NCBI GenBank assembly: GCA_018645365.1
Contig: JABGOP010000006.1
Location: 1-60,731 of the forward strand
Reading direction: 5' to 3'
Origin: Candidatus Cloacimonadota bacterium
GTDB taxonomy: Bacteria; Cloacimonadota; Cloacimonadia; Cloacimonadales; TCS61
Length of the DNA stretch: 60,731 nucleotides
Positions 40,210-49,584 of the stretch are shown one piece after another. A model generated the notes under the pieces. That model was not told where the DNA came from. It worked only from the letters and a program-made list of their open reading frames with translations, and ran no database searches. Numbering within the stretch: position 1 is the first letter of the stretch; each line of letters begins with the position of its first letter. The position numbers and the translations under genes were made by a program.

Positions 40210-42349
40210 TTTTGGACCTTATTATGTTAAAAATATTTTCGGGTGTAAGTGGATATTCATCGACGAAAATACCAGTTGCATTGAGGAAAGCGTTTCGTAC
40301 CGCAGGTGCTGGAAAGTCCATCGGAATTTCGCCCAAACCTTTAGCAATTTTATTGTCAGTGTGGATAAATTCGACATCAATTTCGGGAACATCTAATGTT
40401 GTGGGAAGTGTATAATCGGTAAAATTTCTAACTCGTCCAAATTTTTTTTTATAGAAAAATTCACTGTTTGCATACGCTAAAGCCTGCAAAATTCCGCCTT
40501 CTGCTTGTCCTTCTGCAATTTTCTGATTTACCACTTTACCGATGTCAAATACGTTCCAACTTTTGATAATTTCAAGTTTATAAGTATCAGCATGAAAATA
40601 AATTTCGTTTACACACGCCGCCCACGAATAATCTTTGTAAGCCATTCCAACATAATTATTTTCGTCAAATACAATAGACTTATCAGGAATGTAAACTTTT
40701 CTAAATTCTCTTGGAAACTCATTTTGATGTGTTGCTACATAACTTTCTAAATTTTCGAAATTTAATTTTTTTTGAATTTCACGTGCCAATTTTTGCAATA
40801 AATTTCCGATGATATAAATAGTGCGAGATGCTACTGTTGGTCCGCTATTTGGCGTTTTGCTCGTGTTTGGAAGCTGAACTCTACATTTCTCTTTTGGGTG
40901 GTTAATTGTTTCATAAAACATTTGTGACAGAGTAGTGTGTGCACCTTGTCCCATGTCGGTATTTGCTACAAAAATTTTTACATTTGCGTTTTTTTCGATA
41001 ATGATTTTCAGCTCTGACTTAAGCACTTTTTCGCCATTTCCAGTAAATCCACCTCCGTGAAATCCGACCGAAATTCCAATTCCTTTTTTGTTTGAATTAT
41101 CTTTATTCCATTCTGCAAATTCTTTTTTTTTTGAAAGATAATTAGAATTTTTGATAACGCGTTCCAAACAATCAATTAGATTATTTTCGGTGATTTTTTG
41201 AGTAGTTGGAAACTCGTCACCAATTTTAAATAAATTTACTTTTCGAAAAAGATAAGGATCAATTTTCAAATCAATCGCAATTTGGTCGATGTGTGCTTCC
41301 ATTGCAGCAAGAGCTTGCGGTACGCCAAAACCACGAAAAGCACCGTTTGAAGGGGTATTGCTTTTAAAAAGGCGTCCACGAATTTTTATGTTCGGAATGG
41401 CGTAACTTCCTCCCACATGAAGTACACCACGTGCCATTACGACTGGTGAAAGCGTTTGAAATGCACCTGCATCCAATCGATAATCAATGTTGCATTTTTC
41501 AATTTTTTGAGTAAGCGGATTTGTCCAAGTTTCAATCTCTATGCGAGATGGATGGCGTTTTGTGGTAATTTGAATATCATCATTTCGAGTTAAAACAATT
41601 TTTACTGGTTTTCCACTTTTATAAGCCAATAGCGAAGTGATTCCTGCGAGTAAATTTGGAAAATCTTCTTTTCCACCAAAAGCACCCCCAATTCCTTCCG
41701 AAGTTTCGATGATTGCTTCATTGATGGCATTTCCCATAATGGTTTCAACTCCACTTTTCACAAAAAATGGACATTGTGCGGTAACACGTACAAACATGGT
41801 TTTTTTTGTTTCGTCATAAATTGCAATTGCACCTTGAGGTTCTAGATATGCTTGTTCTTGGTGTTGAGTATAGTAGATGTTTTTATGGTAATTTCCAGTA
41901 TTTTTTTCATTATTCGAATGGTTAATTAGAATTTCTTTGCCAAAATGATTTCTTTCATTATCGAGACACTCTTTTGGATCAATAATTGCGGATAATTTTT
42001 CGTATTTTACTTTGATATTTTCAACAAAATCCCGTAATGTCTTTTTGTCTGAATGGGCAATTCCCAAAATGATTTGTCCAAAATGCATTACCTCTTTTTC
42101 AGCCATAAATGGTTGGTCGCAAACCGGTTCAGGCACGATATTTTTACCTAAAATATTTTTTGCTGAAATTATCGTAAATTCATTCAAATCAAAGTTTTTC
42201 GGGAAAATAATGTTTTTGATAATTCCATGATGACAGGTGGAGTAAAACAGTTGACCGAAAATCATGTTTTCATAAGAATAGTCGTCCAAAAATTTCCACG
42301 AACCGTTTAATTTTGGGCGTGCATCAAATTTTTTTACCGCTTTTTTCAC
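40199..42349 (-). CDS. Xanthine dehydrogenase family molybdopterin-binding subunit
   Basis: GGAFGGK, GAFRGFGVPQ, DMGQG, TVASR, KGLGE; GTG start coupled to the upstream stop. Confidence 0.92.
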   Translation of the reverse strand: MKKAVKKFDARPKLNGSWKFLDDYSYENMIFGQLFYSTCHHGIIKNIIFPKNFDLNEFTIISAKNILGKNIVPEPVCDQPFMAEKEVMHFGQIILGIAHSDKKTLRDFVENIKVKYEKLSAIIDPKECLDNERNHFGKEILINHSNNEKNTGNYHKNIYYTQHQEQAYLEPQGAIAIYDETKKTMFVRVTAQCPFFVKSGVETIMGNAINEAIIETSEGIGGAFGGKEDFPNLLAGITSLLAYKSGKPVKIVLTRNDDIQITTKRHPSRIEIETWTNPLTQKIEKCNIDYRLDAGAFQTLSPVVMARGVLHVGGSYAIPNIKIRGRLFKSNTPSNGAFRGFGVPQALAAMEAHIDQIAIDLKIDPYLFRKVNLFKIGDEFPTTQKITENNLIDCLERVIKNSNYLSKKKEFAEWNKDNSNKKGIGISVGFHGGGFTGNGEKVLKSELKIIIEKNANVKIFVANTDMGQGAHTTLSQMFYETINHPKEKCRVQLPNTSKTPNSGPTVASRTIYIIGNLLQKLAREIQKKLNFENLESYVATHQNEFPREFRKVYIPDKSIVFDENNYVGMAYKDYSWAACVNEIYFHADTYKLEIIKSWNVFDIGKVVNQKIAEGQAEGGILQALAYANSEFFYKKKFGRVRNFTDYTLPTTLDVPEIDVEFIHTDNKIAKGLGEIPMDFPAPAVRNAFLNATGIFVDEYPLTPENIFNIIRSKNEN

Positions 42350-43584
42350 AGTTTAATTTCCTCAAGTTTTTTAATCGGTTGTGGCACTTCAATAATGTTT
42401 TGAACCGATGCTAAATCTTTCAACCCACTCCCAGTGAGTAATACGATATTTTTGGAATTTTCTGCGACATGTCTTGATTGTTGAAATTTCTGAAATCCGG
42501 CAAATGCAGTAGCCGCCGCAGGTTCAGTAAATAATCCACTATTTTCACTCAATTGTTTTGATGCTTTCAAAATTTCATCATCTGTTACTAAAACTGTTTT
42601 TCCATCATATTTTTCGATAAACTGTTTTGTCATCCAAAAATTTCGTGGAATATCAACTGCAATTGAATCGGCGATGGTTTCACTTTTGTTTGATGTGAAT
42701 TTGTTGTTCTTTAAATTACGAATAAGATTATCACTTTTTGCAGATTGCACCGCAATAATTGTGGGTATTTTTTGAATGATGCCGAGTTTTAACAAATCTT
42801 CAAAACCTTTATAAACACCAGAAATAATGCAACCATCTCCAACTGGGACAAAAATATTTTCGGGAATTTGTTGGTTCAATTGTTGGAAAATCTCGAAGGA
42901 AACTATTTTTTTCCCTTCAATTGTGAGTGGATTGTACGCAGTATTACGATTGAACCAGCCGTGTTTTTTAGTAGCTTCGATACTTAAATCGAATGCTTTA
43001 TCGTAATTTCCATCAACAGTAATTAGTTTTGCGGCGTACATCAAAATTTGGGTTAATTTAGCTTTTGGTGCGGATTTTGGTGCGAAAACAATAGCTTCTA
43101 AGTTTTCGGCAGCACAAATTCCAGCAAGAGATGAACCTGCATTCCCAGTTGAAGCAGTTACAATTTTTTTGATGCCATTTTCTTTTGCAAAAGCACAAAC
43201 CAAATCGGAAGCTCTATCTTTGAACGAAAAAGTTGGATTTTGTGAGTCGTCTTTCAAAAATAGTGAAAAATTTTGATTCTGCATAAATGGAAGGTTAGAA
43301 ACATCATAAAGTGGGGTTTTGCCGATTTTCAAAAATGATAATGAATTTTCAAATTTTATTGGTAATAGAAAGCGATATTCTTTCGCTTTAAGTTTATCGA
43401 AAAGTTTATCTCTTTTGTACCTTGTTTTTACTTTTTTGTAGTTGTATAAAATTTTTAAAACACCTTTCGGTGGTTGATTTGGCACATTTTCTTTTTCACA
43501 TTTTGGACATAAATAGATGAAATTTTCGGCAGGATATGTTTTGCCACAGTTGGTACATTCAAAAAAATATTTATCTTTTTTCAT
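42346..43584 (-). CDS. Threonine-synthase-family PLP enzyme (fold type II) with N-terminal Zn-ribbon
   Basis: CTNC...CPKC; NPTFSFKDR (PLP Lys), ASTGNAG, PVGDG, LTGSGLK. Confidence 0.85.
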   Translation of the reverse strand: MKKDKYFFECTNCGKTYPAENFIYLCPKCEKENVPNQPPKGVLKILYNYKKVKTRYKRDKLFDKLKAKEYRFLLPIKFENSLSFLKIGKTPLYDVSNLPFMQNQNFSLFLKDDSQNPTFSFKDRASDLVCAFAKENGIKKIVTASTGNAGSSLAGICAAENLEAIVFAPKSAPKAKLTQILMYAAKLITVDGNYDKAFDLSIEATKKHGWFNRNTAYNPLTIEGKKIVSFEIFQQLNQQIPENIFVPVGDGCIISGVYKGFEDLLKLGIIQKIPTIIAVQSAKSDNLIRNLKNNKFTSNKSETIADSIAVDIPRNFWMTKQFIEKYDGKTVLVTDDEILKASKQLSENSGLFTEPAAATAFAGFQKFQQSRHVAENSKNIVLLTGSGLKDLASVQNIIEVPQPIKKLEEIKL

Positions 43585-45904
43585 TTTTTAGAATTCCATT
43601 TAGAATTTTTTCTGGAGTTAGTGGTAGTGTTCTAATTCGTACGCCGACTGCGTTGTAGATTGCGTTTGCAATCGCAGCAAGAGGTGTGTCGATGCCAATT
43701 TCACCGACAGATTTAGCACCATAAGGTCCAGCAGGATCGTAACTTTCTGCCAGCTCAACGGTTAATTTTTTCACATCACATCGATTTGGAATTTTATAAT
43801 TCATCATATTATTTGTCAGCATCCGCCCGTTTTTAGAATATTTCACATCTTCGAACATTGCCATTCCAATACCTTGTAAAACTCCGCCTTCTACCTGAAT
43901 TTTAGCTAAATTTGGGTTAATTGGTGTGCCGCAATCTACCACCGCAACATAATCGAGAATATCTATTTTTCCAGTTTCGGTGTCGAGCTCAATCTCCACA
44001 AAACCAGCCATAAATGGTGGGGGTGATTTTGGGCTTGTATTTGAACCAGATGCAATTAATTGTTCCATATCTTCGGCAAAGCTGTAATAAAGTCCTTCCG
44101 AAAGTTCTTTCAAAGTTATTGTTTTCAAACCATCTTTTGATTTCAGAATGCCATTTTGGAAAGTGATTTGTTTTTCATCAATTTGCCAAATTTTTGCACC
44201 AGTTTGAATAATTTTCTTTTTCATATTTTCAGCAGCTTTTCGTACAGCATTCCCTGTAACGAAAGTTGTGCTAGATGCGTAAGCTCCGACATCAAAAGGA
44301 GTTACGTCTGTGTCGGAGGAAGTGATGACAAATCTGTCAATTGGTACATCTAAAGCTTCAGAAGCAATTTGTGTTAAAATGGTGTCGCTTCCAGTTCCGA
44401 TGTCGGTTGCGCCGACCAATAGATTGAAAAATCCATCGTCATTGAGTTTTACGATTGCGGAGCCCATATCTAGAAGAGGAATTCCCGAACCTTGCATCGC
44501 AATGGCAGTTCCAACGCTTCTGATTTTGTTCGGTGCAATTTTCAGGAAAGGGAATTTTTGTTTCCATTTTATCAAATCTCGTCCGCGACTGATACAATAA
44601 TCTAATTTGCAACTTTCCATTTTTTGCTCGATACCTTCTCCACCTTCACCCATTACTTTGAAAACTGGCGAAGTTTCACCTTCTTTGATGGAATTTTTCA
44701 AACGAAGTTCAACTGGATCCATCTGTAATTTATGTGCTAATTCATCAATCGCAGATTCGACTGCAAAGTTAGCCTGAATAGCACCGTAACCGCGATATGC
44801 ACCAGCTGGACAGCGATTTGTGTAAACTACTTTTCCCTCAAAGCGAAGTGCAGTTGCTTTGTTGTACATCGGCAAAAGTTTGGAACCGGCAACCATAAAA
44901 GTCGTTAGTGCATGCTCACCGTGAGCACCTGTATTGGAAAGTAGTTGAATGTCGAGTGCGTGAATATTTCCATTTTTATCTGCTCCGAGTTGAATATCAA
45001 AACGCATTTCGTGGCGCGTAAAAGTGCTTTCAAAAACCTCTTTTCTGGTGTAAATACATTTTGAAGGTTTTCCTGTTTTTAGCGTTACAATTGCTGAAAA
45101 AAGATCATTATGGATTTGTTGTTTTCCACCAAATCCACCTCCAATGCGTGGTTTGATAACGCGAATATCACGAAGTGGTTTTTGCAAAGCTTCTCCGATT
45201 ATGCGGCGAGTATGGTATGGATTTTGGGTAGATGAAATAATTGTAAGTCGTTGTTGATAATCAAGATATGCTGTTGATGAATGTGGTTCCATTGCGACAT
45301 GTTGTTGAGCGTGAGTGTAATATCTATGATTCAAAGCAACATCACATTCTGCCAACGTTTTATTTACATCACCAACTATCATTGTGTTGGTGTAAGAACA
45401 CGCCACATTTTTTTGTGCGTCAAGCCCCATTGGAAACATCGTGTAAATTTCTTTTTCAGGGTGAATAATTGATGGGTGATTTTCTGCTTTTTCAAAGTCG
45501 AGAACTGGCTCAAAAACCTCAAAATCTACTTCGATTAGTTTGATTGCTTTTTGTACCGATTTCTCAGAGCGACCCGCAATAATTGCCACCTCATCACCGA
45601 CATATCGCACGAATTCATCTAAAATAAAATAATCTTTTGGTGATGGTTCTGGGTAACCTTGACCAGCACGAGTAATGGGAATTCGTGGTACATCTTTATG
45701 AGTTAGAATGCACTCTATCTCATTGAGTTGCAGTGCTTTTTCGGTGTTAATCGAGCGAATTTTTGCAAATGCATGCGGACTGCGTAAGCATTTAATAATC
45801 AACGCGTTTTCATCGGTTAAATCATCTGTATATGCGGGTAAGCCACGCATCAAACCGTTTGCATCTACTTTGGGAATGGAATGTTTCACAGTTTTGAAAT
45901 TCAT
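43571..45904 (-). CDS. xdhD: XdhD-like molybdenum hydroxylase, molybdopterin-binding subunit
   Basis: TRAGQGYPEPSP, GGGFGGKQ, AYRGYG, TDIGTG, GAYASSTT, GAKSVGE. Confidence 0.85.
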   Translation of the reverse strand: MNFKTVKHSIPKVDANGLMRGLPAYTDDLTDENALIIKCLRSPHAFAKIRSINTEKALQLNEIECILTHKDVPRIPITRAGQGYPEPSPKDYFILDEFVRYVGDEVAIIAGRSEKSVQKAIKLIEVDFEVFEPVLDFEKAENHPSIIHPEKEIYTMFPMGLDAQKNVACSYTNTMIVGDVNKTLAECDVALNHRYYTHAQQHVAMEPHSSTAYLDYQQRLTIISSTQNPYHTRRIIGEALQKPLRDIRVIKPRIGGGFGGKQQIHNDLFSAIVTLKTGKPSKCIYTRKEVFESTFTRHEMRFDIQLGADKNGNIHALDIQLLSNTGAHGEHALTTFMVAGSKLLPMYNKATALRFEGKVVYTNRCPAGAYRGYGAIQANFAVESAIDELAHKLQMDPVELRLKNSIKEGETSPVFKVMGEGGEGIEQKMESCKLDYCISRGRDLIKWKQKFPFLKIAPNKIRSVGTAIAMQGSGIPLLDMGSAIVKLNDDGFFNLLVGATDIGTGSDTILTQIASEALDVPIDRFVITSSDTDVTPFDVGAYASSTTFVTGNAVRKAAENMKKKIIQTGAKIWQIDEKQITFQNGILKSKDGLKTITLKELSEGLYYSFAEDMEQLIASGSNTSPKSPPPFMAGFVEIELDTETGKIDILDYVAVVDCGTPINPNLAKIQVEGGVLQGIGMAMFEDVKYSKNGRMLTNNMMNYKIPNRCDVKKLTVELAESYDPAGPYGAKSVGEIGIDTPLAAIANAIYNAVGVRIRTLPLTPEKILNGILKNEKR

Positions 45905-46353
45905 TATTTAACTCCCAAAAATTTTTTAATTCCGCGAAGTTGCCCTTCGTAGCCAGAGCATCTGCATAAATTTCCAGCAAGATAGCGATTTACATCTTCC
46001 ATTGTTGGATTTTTTAACTCTTTTTGAAGAGCGTAGACGGTAAGAATTAGGGCGGGTCCACAAAATCCACATTGATCTGCTCCTTCATTTACAATCGCAT
46101 CAATAATAGCATCAGCTTTTTTGCCCAAGCCTTCAACTGTGGTGATATTTTTTCCATCCGCACGCACCGCCAAATATGAACACGAAAGAATTGGATTTTC
46201 GTTTAAAAGGACAGTGCAAACGCCACAAGTAGCAGTGTCACAACCTTTTTTGACACTTTTAAATCCGAGTTTTCGGAGTAGATTTAAGAGCGTTTCGTCG
46301 GGTTCAATTTGGCAGTCATATTTCTGATTGTTTATATTTAGTGAAATTTTCAT
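45904..46353 (-). CDS. Molybdenum hydroxylase 2x[2Fe-2S] subunit
   Basis: GCDTATCGVCT, QCGFC, GNLCRCSGY. Confidence 0.93.
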   Translation of the reverse strand: MKISLNINNQKYDCQIEPDETLLNLLRKLGFKSVKKGCDTATCGVCTVLLNENPILSCSYLAVRADGKNITTVEGLGKKADAIIDAIVNEGADQCGFCGPALILTVYALQKELKNPTMEDVNRYLAGNLCRCSGYEGQLRGIKKFLGVK

Positions 46354-47102
46354 AAGGTTTCCTCCAATGCGCGTTTCAGCAAAACAGATGCGATATTTTC
46401 ACGGTACGAAGCAGTTGCTCTTAAATCATTTCCGAAAGTAAAATTTTGTGAAATAAATTCGGAAATATTTTCTAGCTCATTTTTTGCTGAAATGAGTTTA
46501 GCAACAGTGGGGCAACTACCGATGGCTATGTTTAGTTGACTGTTTTTATTAACTGCAACCGTCAAAATTGGAAAATCAGAATCTGCATTTCGTAACATTT
46601 TGTAAGAAAGTCTTCCACATTTTTTTGGAATAATGATTTTGACAAGAATATCATTTTTGGTTTGCGAATTTTCGATGAAATCCTTAAAAGCAATTACTCC
46701 ATTTTGATGGAAAACAAGAGTACAATTTAAGACGCTTAAAGCGGTAATGAGTTCTGAAAACCCGTATTTTCCGCAAATTGAGCCACCGATTGTAGCGATA
46801 TTGCGAAATTGAATGCCGACAATATGTTTTAGTGATTTTGTAAAAAAATCGCCAAAATATTTTTTAATGATTGCATTTGTTTCGATTTCGTGAAGTGTTG
46901 TATAGGCTCCAATTTCAATGTTTTCATCATTTTCTTTGATGAAATTTAACCCTAAATTTTCCAAATCAATTGCGGTGGAAAATGTTTTTTTATTCAATCT
47001 TAAATAGGTATTTCCGCCCAAAATTACAGCGTTTTTTTCATTTTGTAAAATCTGGTAAGCTTCTGCTAAATTTTGTGGTTTTGCATAATTTTTAAATTTC
47101 AT
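46350..47102 (-). CDS. Molybdenum hydroxylase FAD-binding subunit (YgfM-like)
   Basis: LGGNT, QFRNIATIGGS, DLRATASYR. Confidence 0.85.
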   Translation of the reverse strand: MKFKNYAKPQNLAEAYQILQNEKNAVILGGNTYLRLNKKTFSTAIDLENLGLNFIKENDENIEIGAYTTLHEIETNAIIKKYFGDFFTKSLKHIVGIQFRNIATIGGSICGKYGFSELITALSVLNCTLVFHQNGVIAFKDFIENSQTKNDILVKIIIPKKCGRLSYKMLRNADSDFPILTVAVNKNSQLNIAIGSCPTVAKLISAKNELENISEFISQNFTFGNDLRATASYRENIASVLLKRALEETL

Positions 47103-47111
47103 AAAATCCTC

Positions 47112-48578
47112 TTATAAAAGTCCAACTTCTGCGTTAAATTCCTTAATTAATTTATCAAAATAACCAACTTCATCTTCGAAAATGATTCGCCAGTATTCTT
47201 CGTTCCACTGCTCAAGAATCTCTTCGTATGTTTTTCCTTGTTGCTCTACCCAAGTAAAATATTTCAAATTGTGAATACGCTTACGGTCACGATAACCAAG
47301 CTCAATAAAATGTCCAATATCTTGCTGAGTTAAACAACCTTCAAAATCAATAGCTGCTCTTAGTTTGGTATATTCACCTTTCTTTTCTAACTCTTCTTTA
47401 ATGCGAGATTGATACATTTCCATTGAATCTGTAAACACTGTAAAAATAATGTCATCTTCACCCATTTCAAAATATTTTGCAGTTTTTATTGCTGAGAGTA
47501 GATTCCCAATTGAAGAGATTCCAAGGAGTTCTAATTTTTCAATAAGTTCTTTTGAAATTCCTTTTTTTGCAAGAAATTTCTGACCCACTTTTTCATTGAA
47601 CAATTGCATAATTCGCAGACAATCTTCGTCGTCAATTGCCACAGCTGCATCAGTATTCATTGTATTATGAACCCATGGAATGTGTTTGTCGCCGATGCCT
47701 TCTATACGATGTCCGCCAAAACCATTTTCTAAAATAGTTGGGCACTGTAATGCTTCGGAAGCAACTGTGCGTGATTTTGGATATTTTGTTTTTAGGTAAT
47801 CTCCCGCAGCGATAGTTCCTGCAGAACCAGTTGCCGAAACATAAGCTGAAAGTTTTTCTTTGCCCGTATTAATGAATTTTTCAAATACTTCTTCAATGGC
47901 AGAACCAGTGATATTATAATGATAAATTGGATTTGCAAATTCATCAAATTGATTGAAAATCACATTTTTGGAATCTTCGCGTAATTCCCAGCATTTGTCA
48001 TAAATTTCTTTTACATTGGATTCACATCCAGGAGTTGCGATAACCTCAGAACCGATTTGTTTAAGCCAGGTAAAACGCTCTTGGCTCATCTCTTCAGGAA
48101 GGATTGCTATTGGGGTACAACCAAGCAAAACAGAATCGAAAGCTCCTCCACGACAATAATTTCCAGTAGATGGCCACACAGCCTTATCACGCGTTGGATC
48201 AAATTCTCCACTCACCAAGCGTGGCACTAAACAGCTAAATGCGGCACCAACTTTATGTGAACCAGTTGGGAAAAATTTTCCAACTAAGCCGATAATTCTG
48301 GCATTTATACCGGTAATTTCTTTTGGAATTTCCAAAAAATTTACATCACCATATCCGCCACCTTGCTTGGTGGGTTCATTTTTCCAAGTTATACGAAAAA
48401 GGTTAAGCGGGTTTACATCCCACAAACCAATGTTTTTCAGCTCATCCTTTATTTTTTGCGGAATTAAATCGGGATTTTTAAGTTGTTTAAAGGTAGGAAT
48501 AATTATCCCTTTTTCGCGACACCGTTTTACGGTATTTTTACGAACTTCCCGATTTATTGTCTTGATTATTTTTGACAT
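47112..48578 (-). CDS. PLP-dependent fold-type-II enzyme (extended cysteine-synthase-like)
   Basis: FPTGSHKVG (PLP Lys), PSTGNY, NQF, ATGSAGT, HRIEGIG; 488 aa with N- and C-terminal extensions. Confidence 0.85.
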   Translation of the reverse strand: MSKIIKTINREVRKNTVKRCREKGIIIPTFKQLKNPDLIPQKIKDELKNIGLWDVNPLNLFRITWKNEPTKQGGGYGDVNFLEIPKEITGINARIIGLVGKFFPTGSHKVGAAFSCLVPRLVSGEFDPTRDKAVWPSTGNYCRGGAFDSVLLGCTPIAILPEEMSQERFTWLKQIGSEVIATPGCESNVKEIYDKCWELREDSKNVIFNQFDEFANPIYHYNITGSAIEEVFEKFINTGKEKLSAYVSATGSAGTIAAGDYLKTKYPKSRTVASEALQCPTILENGFGGHRIEGIGDKHIPWVHNTMNTDAAVAIDDEDCLRIMQLFNEKVGQKFLAKKGISKELIEKLELLGISSIGNLLSAIKTAKYFEMGEDDIIFTVFTDSMEMYQSRIKEELEKKGEYTKLRAAIDFEGCLTQQDIGHFIELGYRDRKRIHNLKYFTWVEQQGKTYEEILEQWNEEYWRIIFEDEVGYFDKLIKEFNAEVGLL

Positions 48579-48579
48579 A

Positions 48580-49521
48580 TTATCTCCTTATTTTTGTGCC
48601 AGCGTTACCAAACACTGCATCTGCTAAAAGTTCTGGCGTGGTGATAATTACTTCTTTTCCACCATTTTCAAGAAAAGTTATAGATGCTTCTATTTTTGGT
48701 AACATACTTCCTTTTTGAAAGTGTCCTTCATCACAATATTTTTTTGCTTCATTTAATGTCATTTCGATAATTTCTTGCTGATTTTCCTTGCCAAAGTTGA
48801 GAAAAACACGCTCGATAGCGGTTGAAATTATCAAGAAATCTGCGTTCAAATTGTTAGCAAGAAGAGATGAAGCTCTGTCTTTATCGATTACTGCTGGAAC
48901 ACCTTTTAAATTCCCATTTTTCTCTTGAATAACGGGAATTCCACCTCCCCCCACAGCGACGACAAGATAATTATTTTCAATTAAATGTTCGATAACATTT
49001 TGCTCAATTATTTTTTGTGGAATGGGTGATGCAACAACGCGACGATAACCTCTATCGGCATCTTTTGCGATGTCCCAACCATATTCTGCTTTTTTTGATT
49101 TGGCTTCTTCTTTGGTCAAAAATGGGCCGATGGGTTTGGTCGGATTTTCAAAAGCGTCATCATTTTTATCCACTAAAACTTGCGTAATCACGGTTGCTAT
49201 TTTTTTCTCAATATTTTTCTGACGAAGTAAATTTCCAACTGCTTGTTGAATTTGATAGCCAAGTGCACCTTGCGTATCCGCACCGGCAGAAGGTAACGGG
49301 ATTTCATGAATTTCATTTTTGGCGATTTCGGAACGAAGTAGAATGAAACCAACTTGTGGACCGTTTCCGTGTGTGACGACGACATTGATATTTTTTTCAA
49401 TTAATTTGACGATATGTTCGGCAGTTTCGACGATACAGTCGTATTGATCTTCAACAGTTTGATGAGTTCTATCTTTAATTAATGAATTTCCACCGATTGC
49501 AATAACAGCTAATTTTGACAT
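48580..49521 (-). CDS. arcC: Carbamate kinase
   Basis: AIGGNSL, THGNGPQVG, PTKPIG, RRVVASP, VIDKD, GSMLPK. Confidence 0.95.
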   Translation of the reverse strand: MSKLAVIAIGGNSLIKDRTHQTVEDQYDCIVETAEHIVKLIEKNINVVVTHGNGPQVGFILLRSEIAKNEIHEIPLPSAGADTQGALGYQIQQAVGNLLRQKNIEKKIATVITQVLVDKNDDAFENPTKPIGPFLTKEEAKSKKAEYGWDIAKDADRGYRRVVASPIPQKIIEQNVIEHLIENNYLVVAVGGGGIPVIQEKNGNLKGVPAVIDKDRASSLLANNLNADFLIISTAIERVFLNFGKENQQEIIEMTLNEAKKYCDEGHFQKGSMLPKIEASITFLENGGKEVIITTPELLADAVFGNAGTKIRR

Positions 49522-49584
49522 TTTTGACCTACCATTTTTTTTGACAAAATTTTATGCTTACCTTTTTTTAGGCAAGTTTTCTTC

